64,000 nt of DNA from Verrucomicrobiaceae bacterium (GTDB lineage Bacteria; Verrucomicrobiota; Verrucomicrobiia; Verrucomicrobiales; Verrucomicrobiaceae). The position numbers and the translations under genes are program-made. The DNA is taken from assembly GCA_046346635.1 (NCBI GenBank), contig JAXMHT010000007.1, positions 22,283 through 86,282 on the forward strand, given 5' to 3'. Positions 36,035-45,777 of this stretch are shown here, one piece after another. The notes beneath the pieces are model-generated. The model made no database searches and was not told the origin of the DNA. It saw nothing but the letters and a program-made list of their open reading frames with translations. The stretch's first letter is position 1. Each line of letters begins with the position of its first letter.

Positions 36035-36508
36035 ATGGCCCGCAGAAAGCGCGTTTATAACAAGGAAGTTCACAAGGACAGCCGCTACGACAGCGAACTG
36101 GTCTCCGCCCTCATCGCTCGCGTTATGCAAAGCGGCAAGAAGGCCCTCGCCGAGCGCACCGTCTATCGTGCAATCGACATCCTCAATGAGAAGAGTGACA
36201 GCGTGCATCCGCTTGAGCTTTTCAATCGCGCCATCGAAAACTCGAAGCCACGCGTGGAAGTCAAGGCCCGCCGCGTCGGTGGTGCCACCTACCAGGTTCC
36301 TCTCGAAGTGTCTCCTGAGCGTCAGGTTGCCCTCGCGATGCGCTGGATCATCGGTTACGCCCGTGGTCGCAAAGGTCAGCCCATGTTCCAGGCCCTCGCC
36401 AACGAACTGAAAGATGCCGCTCAAGGGCAGGGGAACTCCGTCCGCAAGCGTGACGACGTTCACAAGCAGGCCCAGGCGAACCGCGCCTTCGCTCACTTCC
36501 GCTTCTAA
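36035..36508 (+). CDS. rpsG: 30S ribosomal protein S7
   Basis: MARRKRVYNKEVHKDSRYDSELVSALI...VKARRVGGATYQVPLEV. The ATG at 36035 lies within ORF 35867..36508. Confidence 0.97.
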   Translation: MARRKRVYNKEVHKDSRYDSELVSALIARVMQSGKKALAERTVYRAIDILNEKSDSVHPLELFNRAIENSKPRVEVKARRVGGATYQVPLEVSPERQVALAMRWIIGYARGRKGQPMFQALANELKDAAQGQGNSVRKRDDVHKQAQANRAFAHFRF

Positions 36509-36564
36509 TAGCGGTCCCAAGACTCCGAATCGTTTTTCGTCCATTTCACGCCTTTCTCTGACAC

Positions 36565-38712
36565 ATGTCGAACCCCAATTCCCCCAACCGCGAGTTCCCA
36601 CTTGAGCGCACCCGTAATATCGGGATCTGCGCCCACATTGACGCGGGCAAGACGACCCTGACCGAGCGTATCCTCTTCTACACCGGCATGATCCACAAGA
36701 TCGGCGAGGTGCATGACGGCGCGGCCACGACCGACTGGATGGAGCAGGAAAAGGAGCGCGGTATCACGATCACCTCCGCTGCCGTGACCGCCAAGTGGAA
36801 GCAGCTCAAGGAAGCTGGCATCTACAAGTCCCGCGAGCTGGAAGACATCCGCGTGAACATCATCGACACCCCGGGCCACGTGGATTTCACCGCCGAGGTG
36901 GAGCGCTCCCTGCGTGTGCTTGACGGTGCGATCTTCGTGCTCTGCGGTGTTGCCGGCGTGCAGCCCCAGTCCGAGACGGTTTATCGTCAGGCTGAAAAGT
37001 ATCGCGTGCCCCGCATCGCTTTCGTCAACAAGATGGACCGCACGGGTGCCAACTTTGACAACGTGGTGGCTGATGTGCGCAAGAAGCTCGGTGCGCCCGC
37101 TTACCCGATCCTCATCCCCATCGGTGCCGAGGACAACCTCATCGGCCAGATCGACGTGGTGAACCAAAAGGCCATCATCTACTCGGATGACGAAAAGTTT
37201 GGATCCAAGTACACCGTTCGTGACCTCGAAGGCGCGGAAGCTGAAAAAGGCAAGGCCGCCTACTCCGAGCTTCTGGACGCTGTTTGCAGCGCTGACGACG
37301 AACTGGGCATGATGTTCCTTGAGGAGCAGCCCATCGGCCCGAAAGAACTCAAAGCTGGTCTTCGCCGCGCCGTGATCGCCAATAAGATCATCCCGATGGC
37401 TGGTGGTTCTGCCTTCAAGAACAAGGGCGTTCAGTATCTGATCGACGCCGTGATCGACTATCTCCCCGGCCCCCTCGACATCGAAGCCCAGAAGGGCACT
37501 GTCGTTGATGAGCCTGAGACTGTCATCGAAGCCAAACCCGATGATAACGGCAAGTTCATCGCCCTCGGCTTCAAGCTCTGGTCTGACAAATTTGGTCGCT
37601 TGGTCTTCTTCCGCGTCTATTCCGGCTGCGTGAAGAAAGGGGACACGATCTACAATCCACGTACACGTAAATCCGAGCGCGTTGGCCGTCTCATTCAGAT
37701 CCAGGCTGCCGTCCATAAGGACATCGATTGCTGCTACTCCGGTGATATCGCCGCCCTCGTGGGTGTGAAGGATGTCCGCACGGGTGACACCTTCTGCTCG
37801 GAGGACCTTGATGTCCAACTCGAGCCCCCGACCTTCCCGGAACCGGTTATCTCCATGGCCGTCGAGCCGAAGACCAAGGGCGACCAGGAAAAAATGGGCA
37901 ATGCCCTCCAGCGCCTCTCGGAAGAAGATCCGACCTTCTTCGTCAAAACGGATGAGGAAACCGGCCAGACCATCATCGCCGGCATGGGTGAGCTTCACCT
38001 CGAAATTCTCTGCGACCGCCTCAAGCGTGAGCACAAGGTGGAAACCAACACCGGCAAGCCCCAGATCGCCTACCGTGAGACCCTCACCCAGGCTGCTGGT
38101 GGCGAAGGCAAGCTCGTCAAGCAGTCCGGTGGTCGCGGTCAGTATGGCCACGTCGTCATCAATGTCCGCCCTGGCGAGAAGGGTTCCGGCATCGTCGTCG
38201 AAAACAAGGTCGTTGGCGGCACCATCCCGAAAGAATTCATCAATCCTGCCAAGGCAGGTTGCATCGAGGCCGCTCTGAACGGCATCATCGCCGGTTATCC
38301 GGTGATCGACATGCACATCGAATTGATCGACGGCTCCAGCCACGAAGTCGATTCCAACGAAAACGCCTTCAAGATGGCTGGTATCTTCGCCGTGAAGGAC
38401 GCTCTCAAGAAAGCCAAGTGCATTCTTCTTGAGCCGATCATGGCTGTGGAAGCCTCCACGCCTGAAGATTATCAGGGCGACATCCTTGGTGACCTTAACC
38501 GCCGCCGTGGCAAGATTCAGGGCATGGACATGCGCGGTGCTACCGCCGTCCTTCGCGCCGAAGTACCGCTGGCTGAAATGTTTGGCTACTCCACCGCCAT
38601 CCGCACCCTTTCCTCTGGTCGTGCCAGCTACTCCATGCAGCCCTCGCACTTCGAGCAGGTCCCGCAGCAGATCGTCGATCAGATCGTCGAGCAGCGCGGC
38701 GGCGGCAAATAA
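36565..38712 (+). CDS. fusA: translation elongation factor G
   Basis: 715 aa with GTPase motifs AHIDAGKTT, DTPGHVDF and NKMD. Confidence 0.97.
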   Translation: MSNPNSPNREFPLERTRNIGICAHIDAGKTTLTERILFYTGMIHKIGEVHDGAATTDWMEQEKERGITITSAAVTAKWKQLKEAGIYKSRELEDIRVNIIDTPGHVDFTAEVERSLRVLDGAIFVLCGVAGVQPQSETVYRQAEKYRVPRIAFVNKMDRTGANFDNVVADVRKKLGAPAYPILIPIGAEDNLIGQIDVVNQKAIIYSDDEKFGSKYTVRDLEGAEAEKGKAAYSELLDAVCSADDELGMMFLEEQPIGPKELKAGLRRAVIANKIIPMAGGSAFKNKGVQYLIDAVIDYLPGPLDIEAQKGTVVDEPETVIEAKPDDNGKFIALGFKLWSDKFGRLVFFRVYSGCVKKGDTIYNPRTRKSERVGRLIQIQAAVHKDIDCCYSGDIAALVGVKDVRTGDTFCSEDLDVQLEPPTFPEPVISMAVEPKTKGDQEKMGNALQRLSEEDPTFFVKTDEETGQTIIAGMGELHLEILCDRLKREHKVETNTGKPQIAYRETLTQAAGGEGKLVKQSGGRGQYGHVVINVRPGEKGSGIVVENKVVGGTIPKEFINPAKAGCIEAALNGIIAGYPVIDMHIELIDGSSHEVDSNENAFKMAGIFAVKDALKKAKCILLEPIMAVEASTPEDYQGDILGDLNRRRGKIQGMDMRGATAVLRAEVPLAEMFGYSTAIRTLSSGRASYSMQPSHFEQVPQQIVDQIVEQRGGGK

Positions 38713-38759
38713 TGTGCCCTTCTTCGAACTGAACCCCTTTTTAACCACGCTTCCCCGTC

Positions 38760-39068
38760 ATGAGTAACCAGCGCATCCGCATCCGTCTCCGCGCGTATGA
38801 TTACCGCACGCTCGACAAGAGCACCGCGGACATCGTCGAAACCGCCAAGCGCACCGGCGCCCGCGTCGCAGGCCCCATCCCGCTTCCCACCCGCATTGAG
38901 AAGTTCACCGTGAACCGCTCCCCGCACGTGGACAAGAAGTCGATGGACCAGTTCGAGCTGCGCACCCACAAGCGCCTTCTCGACATCGTCGATCCCACCG
39001 CCCGCACCGTGGACGAGCTCAAGAAGCTCAACCTTCCCTCCGGCGTGGACATCACGATCCGCATCTAA
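38760..39068 (+). CDS. rpsJ: 30S ribosomal protein S10
   Basis: [44 protein letters not shown]. Confidence 0.97.
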   Translation: MSNQRIRIRLRAYDYRTLDKSTADIVETAKRTGARVAGPIPLPTRIEKFTVNRSPHVDKKSMDQFELRTHKRLLDIVDPTARTVDELKKLNLPSGVDITIRI

Positions 39069-39113
39069 TTTTCACCGCGAGAACCCCCAATCATCCCCAC
39101 AGGAGATAACACT

Positions 39114-39758
39114 ATGAGTCTCGGACTAATCGGCAAAAAACTCGGCATGACAAAGGTCTATACGGACAAGGGCGAAGCAGTCGCCGTGACCGTCGTGGAC
39201 GTCAGCGGCAATCAAATCATCCAGGTCAAGCGCAGCGACGGCAAGGACGGCTACACCGCCGTGCAGGTCGGCTACGGTGATCAGAAGGAATTTCGTGTGA
39301 CGAAGCCCCTGATGGGCCACTTCAAGAAGCACGGCTCCGGCGCGAAGAAGATCGTGAAGGAATTCCGCCTGACCGGTGACGACAAGCTTCCCGCTGCCGA
39401 TGCCAAGTATGACGCCAGCATGTTCAGCAACGGCCAGATCGTTGACGTCATCGGCACCACCAAGGGCAAGGGCTTCCAAGGCGTCGTGAAGCGCTGGAAT
39501 TTCGCCGGCCAGCCGCAGTCCCACGGTTCCATGATGCATCGTCGTCCTGGTTCCATCGGTTGCCGTCTGACCCCCGGTCTCGTCTGGAAGAATCAGAAGA
39601 TGCCTGGTCATGATGGTGTGGACCGCCGCACCACCCAGAATCTCGTCGTCGTGCAGAGCCGTCCTGAAGAAGGCCTGCTGTTCATCAAAGGCTCCGTCCC
39701 CGGTAACAAAGGCAGCATCGTCGTGGTGCGCCCCGGTAAGAAGGCTGTCGCCAAATAA
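39114..39758 (+). CDS. rplC: 50S ribosomal protein L3
   Basis: MSLGLIGKKLGMTKVY...TKGKGFQGVVKRWNF. Confidence 0.96.
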   Translation: MSLGLIGKKLGMTKVYTDKGEAVAVTVVDVSGNQIIQVKRSDGKDGYTAVQVGYGDQKEFRVTKPLMGHFKKHGSGAKKIVKEFRLTGDDKLPAADAKYDASMFSNGQIVDVIGTTKGKGFQGVVKRWNFAGQPQSHGSMMHRRPGSIGCRLTPGLVWKNQKMPGHDGVDRRTTQNLVVVQSRPEEGLLFIKGSVPGNKGSIVVVRPGKKAVAK

Positions 39759-39778
39759 TCACCCAGAGGAACTGAATC

Positions 39779-40387
39779 ATGTCCGCCCAAGTTCTTACCG
39801 CCGACGCCGCCAAAGCGGCTCAAATCAACCTCACCGAAGGTCACCAAGGCTCTCAGGCCCTGCATGAGACTGTGGTCGCCTACCGTGCGAACCGCCGCCA
39901 AGGCACTGCCTGCACCAAAAACCGCTCCGAAGTGTCCGGTTCTGGCAAGAAGCTCTGGAACCAGAAGGGCACCGGTAACGCCCGTATGGGTTCCAAGCGC
40001 TCCCCGATCTGGAGTGGTGGTGGTGTCGTCTTTGGTCCCCGTCCTCGCGACTATTCCAAGAAGACGCCAAAGAACGTCAAGAAGCTGGCCCTCCGTGCCG
40101 CTCTGACCGCCCGCATCAACGACGGCGCTGTGCTCACCACCGGTGCATTCGCCATCGCCGACGGCAAGACCAAGTCTTTCGTCTCCGCGGTCAGCAAGCT
40201 CTCGAACGCCAAAAACGTGCTCGTGATCGGCAACCAGTTCGACGAAGTCACCTTCCGCGCCGCTCGCAACGTGCAGAATGTCCAGCTCATCGCCGCCAGC
40301 GATGTGAACGCTGAAAACCTCCTTCGCTACCAGGCCATCGTTGTGGCCGGTGACGCCCTCCAAACCCTTGCCCAGAGGACCGCCTGA
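39779..40387 (+). CDS. rplD: 50S ribosomal protein L4
   Basis: Position in the S10 operon, plus SGSGKKLWNQKGTGNARMGSKRSPIWSGGGVVFGP. Confidence 0.95.
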   Translation: MSAQVLTADAAKAAQINLTEGHQGSQALHETVVAYRANRRQGTACTKNRSEVSGSGKKLWNQKGTGNARMGSKRSPIWSGGGVVFGPRPRDYSKKTPKNVKKLALRAALTARINDGAVLTTGAFAIADGKTKSFVSAVSKLSNAKNVLVIGNQFDEVTFRAARNVQNVQLIAASDVNAENLLRYQAIVVAGDALQTLAQRTA

Positions 40388-40388
40388 T

Positions 40389-40673
40389 ATGAGAGACCTT
40401 CACAAAGTGATCCAGACCATCCGTCTTACCGAGAAAGCCACGCTGCTCGGCGAGAACAACAATGAGTATGTCTTCAAGGTTGATCCCCAGGCCACGAAGA
40501 TTGACATCAAGCAGGCTGTTGAGAAGCTTTTCGGCAAGAAAGTCGAAGGCGTCCGCACCCTGAATGTCTCCGGCAAGGCCAAGCGCGAACGCCGCGCTGA
40601 CTACGGCCGCACCAACCACTGGAAGAAGGCTGTCGTCCGTCTCAAAGCCGGCGAGAAGCTCGACCTCGCATGA
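40389..40673 (+). CDS. rplW: 50S ribosomal protein L23
   Basis: The ATG at 40389 within ORF 40341..40673 gives MRDLHKVIQTIRLTEKAT...FKVDPQATKIDIKQAVEKLF. Confidence 0.95.
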   Translation: MRDLHKVIQTIRLTEKATLLGENNNEYVFKVDPQATKIDIKQAVEKLFGKKVEGVRTLNVSGKAKRERRADYGRTNHWKKAVVRLKAGEKLDLA

Positions 40674-40714
40674 TCCTCCGCCCGTTCTAGGCAACCCTTT
40701 ACCCTCACACCACC

Positions 40715-41551
40715 ATGGCGCTGAAAACATTCAAGCCCCAAACCCCTTCCAACCGCTACAAGGAGTGGAATTCGTTCGACGAAATCACCAAGGACACGCC
40801 GGAGAAGAGCCTCACCGTCGCTCTCCGCCGCAGCGGTGGTCGTAACAACACGGGCCGCATCACCTGCCGTCACATCGGTGGTGGTCACGACAAGCGTTAC
40901 CGCCTCATCGACTTCAAGCGCCTTCGCCGCAACGAGGCCGCCAAGGTCGTCGGCATCGAATACGATCCGAACCGCTCCGCCCGCATCGCGTTGGTCGAGT
41001 ATAAGGATGGCGAGCGTGCTTACATCCTTGCCCCTTCCCAGCTCCAGGTCGGTGCCAGCGTCATGGCCGGTGAAAACGCCGCTCCTGAAGTGGGCAATGC
41101 CCTCCCTCTGGCCAAGATCCCTCTCGGCATGAGCATTCATAACATCGAGCTCGTCCCTGGTCGTGGTGGTGTTGCCGCCCGTGCTGCTGGTCAGGCCGCT
41201 GTTCTGAACAACCGCGAAGGTGAATACGCCCTCGTCCGCATGCCTTCCGGTGAAATTCGCAAGATCCTCGCCGTCTGCTACGCCACGATCGGCCAAGTCG
41301 GCAACATCGAGCACATGAACGTGGTCTCCGGCAAGGCTGGCCGCACCCGCTGGCAGGGCGTCCGCCCGACCGTGCGCGGTATGTGCATGAACCCCATCGA
41401 CCACCCGAACGGTGGTGGTGAAGGTCGCTCGAAGTCCGGCGGTGGTCGCCAGCACCTTCTCAGCCCCTGGGGCCACGCGAAGGGCGAGAAGACCCGCAAC
41501 AAGAAGAAGGCCACGGGCAAGCTCATCGTCCAGCACCGTAAAGGCAAGTAA
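40715..41551 (+). CDS. rplB: 50S ribosomal protein L2
   Basis: [15 protein letters not shown]...[18 protein letters not shown]-like...[14 protein letters not shown]. Confidence 0.97.
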   Translation: MALKTFKPQTPSNRYKEWNSFDEITKDTPEKSLTVALRRSGGRNNTGRITCRHIGGGHDKRYRLIDFKRLRRNEAAKVVGIEYDPNRSARIALVEYKDGERAYILAPSQLQVGASVMAGENAAPEVGNALPLAKIPLGMSIHNIELVPGRGGVAARAAGQAAVLNNREGEYALVRMPSGEIRKILAVCYATIGQVGNIEHMNVVSGKAGRTRWQGVRPTVRGMCMNPIDHPNGGGEGRSKSGGGRQHLLSPWGHAKGEKTRNKKKATGKLIVQHRKGK

Positions 41552-41578
41552 TCCACTTTTGACCCTCCGAATCCTCTT

Positions 41579-41860
41579 ATGGCACGTTCCCTGAAAAAAG
41601 GCCCCTTCATTCAGCAAGCCCTCCTCGACAAGGTGGACAAGATGAATGAGTCCAAAGGCGGCAAGCGCCCCATCAAGACCTGGGCCCGCTCCTCCATGAT
41701 CACGCCTGACCTCGTCGGCCACACCTTCCTCGTCCACAACGGCAAGGATTTCGTGTCCGTCTATGTCACCGAAAACATGGTCGGTCACCGCCTTGGTGAA
41801 TTCGCTCTGACACGTCTCTTCAAGTCTCACGGTGCCGTCACTGTGAAGGCCGCCAAGTAA
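41579..41860 (+). CDS. rpsS: 30S ribosomal protein S19
   Basis: [19 protein letters not shown]...[27 protein letters not shown]. Confidence 0.97.
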   Translation: MARSLKKGPFIQQALLDKVDKMNESKGGKRPIKTWARSSMITPDLVGHTFLVHNGKDFVSVYVTENMVGHRLGEFALTRLFKSHGAVTVKAAK

Positions 41861-41886
41861 TCCACTTCCTGCTCCGCTCCCTCATC

Positions 41887-42675
41887 ATGTCGATCTCGTC
41901 CACAGCACGTTATACCCTTGCACTGCTCCTGGCAGTGTGTGGCGGCGTGCGTGCGCAGAACGACGTGAACCTCGAGCTTCGCGAACTTCACACCACGCTC
42001 GCCGTGGCTGCCCAGAAGATCCAGAAGCTCGAAGCGGACGCATCTTCGGCCAAGGACAAGAACGACGCTCTCGCTCAGTCTGCCGCCGCGGCCAATCAGG
42101 AGGCCACCGAGCTCAAAGACCGCTACGAAAAGCTTCGCGGCCTGCTCGAAGGTCTGGGCATCTCCGCCCTCGAAAACTCCAAGGATCAGGCTCAAGAGCG
42201 TCTTCTGGCCGCTTTGAGCGATCTCCGCATCGTCAAGCAGCAGCGCGACGAGCTTGCCCAGTCCCTCATGGAAGTCGCCGAGGCTAGTGTGAACCTCGCT
42301 CGCAGCGCTCCGAATGCCGATCCGGCCGCCGCTGACCGCCTCAACAAGACTCTCACCGCCGCTGACGGCCTCCTCAGCAAGATCGGCAACACCGCTCCTG
42401 TCGAAGGAGCCCCCGCTGGCGATCTCCAGAATGCCCGCGTGGTCTCTCTCAAGCCAGAGCTTGGCATTGCCGTCCTCAGCCTCGGCCGCAAAGACGGCGT
42501 GAAGCCCGGCATGCCCTTCGAAATCTTCCGCGAGGACAAGCCCATCGCCAAAGCACTCATCACTGAAGTCCGCAATTCTGTCTGCGGCGCCATCGTCCAG
42601 GAACTCGCCGACAACACGGACCCCGTTCGCGTTGGTGACCGTGGCCGCGCCGAGACCTCCGCCCCCTCTTTTTAA
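41887..42675 (+). CDS. secreted coiled-coil protein with small C-terminal beta domain, embedded in the S10 operon
   Basis: 262-aa ORF lying 26 nt after rpsS and 30 nt before rplV, with no terminator on either side. Signal peptide MSISSTARYTLALLLAVCGGVRA. About 150 aa are heptad-like and Ala/Gln/Glu/Leu-rich. The C-terminus reads ARVVSLKPELGIAVLSLGRKDGVKPGMPFEIF...VRVGD. Codon usage matches the flanking ribosomal genes. Confidence 0.7.
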   Translation: MSISSTARYTLALLLAVCGGVRAQNDVNLELRELHTTLAVAAQKIQKLEADASSAKDKNDALAQSAAAANQEATELKDRYEKLRGLLEGLGISALENSKDQAQERLLAALSDLRIVKQQRDELAQSLMEVAEASVNLARSAPNADPAAADRLNKTLTAADGLLSKIGNTAPVEGAPAGDLQNARVVSLKPELGIAVLSLGRKDGVKPGMPFEIFREDKPIAKALITEVRNSVCGAIVQELADNTDPVRVGDRGRAETSAPSF

Positions 42676-42705
42676 ACCACCCTGCTCAAGAAGCCTCTCC
42701 ACGTT

Positions 42706-43119
42706 ATGTCAGCCCCCACCGTCCGCTCCACATACAAGTATGCCCGGATCTCTCCGCAGAAGGCCCGGCAGGTCACCCGCGCCATCACCGGCATGCCAGT
42801 GAGCCAGGCCCTCAGCGTCCTCGACTTCACCCCGAAAAAGGGTGCGTTTCTCGTCGGCAAGGCCCTCCGCTCCGCCGTCGCCAATGCCGAGAACAATCAC
42901 GAGCTCGACGCCTCCGAAATGATCGTCACGAGCGCCGTCGCCACTCCTGGGCCTGCTCTTTCCCGCTTCATGCCGCGTGCTCGTGGCTCAGGCGCTCCCA
43001 TCAAGAAGCGCATGACCCACATCACCGTCATCATCGGTGCCAAGCCTGAAGAAGAGGCCAAGGCCGAAAAAGCCGCCAAGCCTGCCAAGAAGAAGGCCGC
43101 CAAGAAATCCGCTGAATAA
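42706..43119 (+). CDS. rplV: 50S ribosomal protein L22 (Lys/Ala/Glu-rich C-terminal tail)
   Basis: KYARISPQKARQVTRAITGMPVSQAL...RFMPRARGSGAPIKKRMTHITV. The tail is AKPEEEAKAEKAAKPAKKKAAKKSAE. Confidence 0.96.
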   Translation: MSAPTVRSTYKYARISPQKARQVTRAITGMPVSQALSVLDFTPKKGAFLVGKALRSAVANAENNHELDASEMIVTSAVATPGPALSRFMPRARGSGAPIKKRMTHITVIIGAKPEEEAKAEKAAKPAKKKAAKKSAE

Positions 43120-43151
43120 TCTCCGTCACTTAACACCTCGATCCGCACCTT

Positions 43152-43931
43152 ATGGGCCAGAAAGTCAATCCAATCGGTTTCCGCCTCGCCGTCTCCAAAG
43201 ACTGGCGCTCCAAGTGGTATGCTCCGAAAAAGGAGTTCGCCGATTCCCTTCACAGCGACATCGCCATCCGCAACTACCTCAAGGAAAAGCTCATGCAGGC
43301 TGCCTTGTCGAAGATCGTGATCGAGCGTGCCTGGAACCAGGTCCGTGTCACTCTCCACACCGCTCGCCCGGGTCTCGTCATTGGTCGCAAGGGCCAGGAA
43401 ATCGAGGTGATGAGCCAGAAGGTCTCCGAAATGTGCGGCGGCCGTCAGGTGAAGATCGACATCTTCGAGATCAAGCAGCCTGAACTGGATGCCCAGCTCG
43501 TCGCCGAGGCCGTCACGGTCCAGCTTGAGCGCCGTATCTCCTTCCGCCGCGCCATGAAGCGTGCCGTGCAGACCGCCATGGACATGGGTGCCGAAGGCAT
43601 TCGTATCCGCGTCGCCGGTCGTCTCGGTGGTGCTGACATCGCTCGTGCCGAATGGTATCGCCAGGGCAAGGTGCCTCTTCAGACTCTCCGTATCCCGATC
43701 GACTATGGCTTCGCCGAGGCGAAGACCGTGTACGGCATCATCGGATGCAAAGTGTGGCTCAACCGTGGCAACGCCCCTGAGAATTCACGTCCTCGTGACG
43801 ACCGTCGTCCGCGTCGTGATCGCAACGATGGTGGCCCTGGTGGTGCCGCTCCCCGCGGTGGCCGTGGCCGTCGTCCGGCCGCCGAGGCCGCCCCTGCCGA
43901 GGCTCCCGCCGAAGCACCTGCCGCCGCTTGA
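43152..43931 (+). CDS. rpsC: 30S ribosomal protein S3 (Arg/Pro/Ala-rich C-terminal tail)
   Basis: [24 protein letters not shown]...[24 protein letters not shown]. Confidence 0.97.
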   Translation: MGQKVNPIGFRLAVSKDWRSKWYAPKKEFADSLHSDIAIRNYLKEKLMQAALSKIVIERAWNQVRVTLHTARPGLVIGRKGQEIEVMSQKVSEMCGGRQVKIDIFEIKQPELDAQLVAEAVTVQLERRISFRRAMKRAVQTAMDMGAEGIRIRVAGRLGGADIARAEWYRQGKVPLQTLRIPIDYGFAEAKTVYGIIGCKVWLNRGNAPENSRPRDDRRPRRDRNDGGPGGAAPRGGRGRRPAAEAAPAEAPAEAPAAA

Positions 43932-43970
43932 TTTCAAATCCTCCGTTTCAAATCTCCACTTTAGACAGTC

Positions 43971-44393
43971 ATGGCACTTCTCCCCAGCAGAACCAAATAC
44001 CGCAAACAGCAGCGCGGCAATCGCGGTGGCAACGCCACCAGCGGCAACAAGCTCGATTTCGGTGACTTCGGCCTCCAGCTCCTTGACCGTGGCTGGATCA
44101 AAAACAACCAGATCGAAGCCTGCCGTGTGGCCCTCACCCGCTTCCTCAAGCGTAAAGGCAAGGTCTTCATCCGCATCTTCCCCCACAAGCCCGTCACCCA
44201 GCGTCCGCCGGAAGTCCGAATGGGTAAAGGTAAGGGCGCTCCCGAATTCTGGGTCGCCGTTGTCCTTCCTGGTCACATGATGTTCGAGATCTCGGGCGTC
44301 AATGAAGCCACCGCCCGTGAGGCCTGCCGCCTCGCCGCGAACAAAATCGGCATCCGCAGCCGCTTTGTCACCCGCGAGAGCATGCACAAATAG
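43971..44393 (+). CDS. rplP: 50S ribosomal protein L16
   Basis: MALLPSRTKYRKQQRGNRGGNA...RMGKGKGAPEFWVAVV. Confidence 0.97.
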   Translation: MALLPSRTKYRKQQRGNRGGNATSGNKLDFGDFGLQLLDRGWIKNNQIEACRVALTRFLKRKGKVFIRIFPHKPVTQRPPEVRMGKGKGAPEFWVAVVLPGHMMFEISGVNEATAREACRLAANKIGIRSRFVTRESMHK

Positions 44394-44431
44394 GCCCTTG
44401 GCACTGAGAACCGCGAACCGAGAACCGACAT

Positions 44432-44644
44432 ATGAAGATCAAAGAACTCCGTGAATCCAGCGTCGAAGAGCTTTCCGCTCGCCGCCGTGAGCTGAAGCAA
44501 GAAGCCCTCAACCTGCGCATCCAGCAGCAGAGCGGCCAGCTCGAAAATCCCGCCCGTCTCACCCAGATCCGCAAAGAGATCGCCCGTATTGAGACCATCA
44601 TCACCGAGCGCTCCCACGCCGCCACTGCCAAGAAGGCCGCGTAA
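44432..44644 (+). CDS. rpmC: 50S ribosomal protein L29
   Basis: MKIKELRESSVEELSARRRELKQEALNLRIQQ. Confidence 0.93.
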   Translation: MKIKELRESSVEELSARRRELKQEALNLRIQQQSGQLENPARLTQIRKEIARIETIITERSHAATAKKAA

Positions 44645-44675
44645 CCTCCCGAAACCCTTTTTCCATCCGTAACAC

Positions 44676-44957
44676 ATGAGCGAGGCCGCTACCACATCCG
44701 CCCCCACCGAAAAGAAGCCCGTGCAGAAGACGCGCGTTGGCGTCGTCACCTCCGCCAAGATGGCCAAGACCATCGTCGTCGAGGTCGAGCGCCGTGTGCC
44801 CCATCCGCGTTTCAAGAAAATCGTCCGCAAGACCTCCAAGTTCTACGCTCACGATGAGAAGACCGAGGCCAAGGAAGGCGACAAGGTGCTCATCTCCGAG
44901 ACCCGCCCGCTCTCCAAGCTCAAGCGCTGGAACCTCGTCGAGGTGCTCAAGCACTAA
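44676..44957 (+). CDS. rpsQ: 30S ribosomal protein S17
   Basis: [41 protein letters not shown]. Confidence 0.95.
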   Translation: MSEAATTSAPTEKKPVQKTRVGVVTSAKMAKTIVVEVERRVPHPRFKKIVRKTSKFYAHDEKTEAKEGDKVLISETRPLSKLKRWNLVEVLKH

Positions 44958-44999
44958 TTCATAGTTTCAAACACCCTTAACCACGGAGGACCGACCCTT

Positions 45000-45368
45000 A
45001 TGCTTCAGATGGAATCCGAAATCCCGATCGCCGACAACACCGGCGCTCGCATGGCCGAGATGATCGGCGTGCTCGGCAAGAAAAACACCCGTTTCGCCTA
45101 CGTCGGCGACATCATCACGGCCCACGTGCGCGAGGCCACCCCCACGGCCTCCGTGAAAAAGGGCGAAGTCATCCGTGCTGTGGTCGTGCGCACAGCGCAT
45201 CCGATCCGCCGCAACGACGGCTCCATCCTTCGCTTCGACAAGAACGCGATCGTCGTCATCGACAAGGACAACAACCCCAAGGGCACCCGCATCTTCGGCC
45301 CTGTCGCCCGTGAACTGCGCGACAAGAACTTCATGAAGATCGTCTCCCTCGCCCCCGAAGTGCTCTGA
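45000..45368 (+). CDS. rplN: 50S ribosomal protein L14
   Basis: [17 protein letters not shown]...[30 protein letters not shown]. Confidence 0.97.
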   Translation: MLQMESEIPIADNTGARMAEMIGVLGKKNTRFAYVGDIITAHVREATPTASVKKGEVIRAVVVRTAHPIRRNDGSILRFDKNAIVVIDKDNNPKGTRIFGPVARELRDKNFMKIVSLAPEVL

Positions 45369-45377
45369 TTTAAACAC

Positions 45378-45659
45378 ATGAAAACCCACGTCAAAAAAGG
45401 CGACACCGTCATCGTCATCACCGGAGACAACAAGGGATCCCAGGGCACCGTCCTGCAGGTCCTGCCCGCCAAGGGCCGCGTCCTCGTCGAGGGTGTGAAC
45501 ATGATCAAAAAGGCCATCAAGCCCTCCCAGCAGAACCAGAACGGCGGTCACATCGAGAAAGAGGCTCCCATCGCCATCTCGAACGTGAAGCTCGCCGACG
45601 CTCCGAAGAAGGAAAAGAAGGCTCCTGCGAAGAAGAAGGCTGCCGCCAAGAAGAAGTAA
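45378..45659 (+). CDS. rplX: 50S ribosomal protein L24 (Lys/Ala-rich C-terminal tail)
   Basis: [30 protein letters not shown]...[21 protein letters not shown]. Confidence 0.95.
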   Translation: MKTHVKKGDTVIVITGDNKGSQGTVLQVLPAKGRVLVEGVNMIKKAIKPSQQNQNGGHIEKEAPIAISNVKLADAPKKEKKAPAKKKAAAKKK

Positions 45660-45688
45660 GCTTCACAGCCGAAACCTTGCGAATTACG

Positions 45689-45721
45689 AAGAGGAGCCTG
45701 TCAGGCTCCTCTTTTGTTTTT
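45689..45721 (+). terminator. strong rho-independent terminator immediately after rplX
   Basis: 11-bp perfect stem AAGAGGAGCCT / AGGCTCCTCTT with a 3-nt loop, followed by TTGTTTTT. Confidence 0.8.
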
Positions 45722-45777
45722 GGCAGCCACGCTGGCATGGCGTATAAAGCGTCTTGTGGCCGACGGGCATTTCTACC

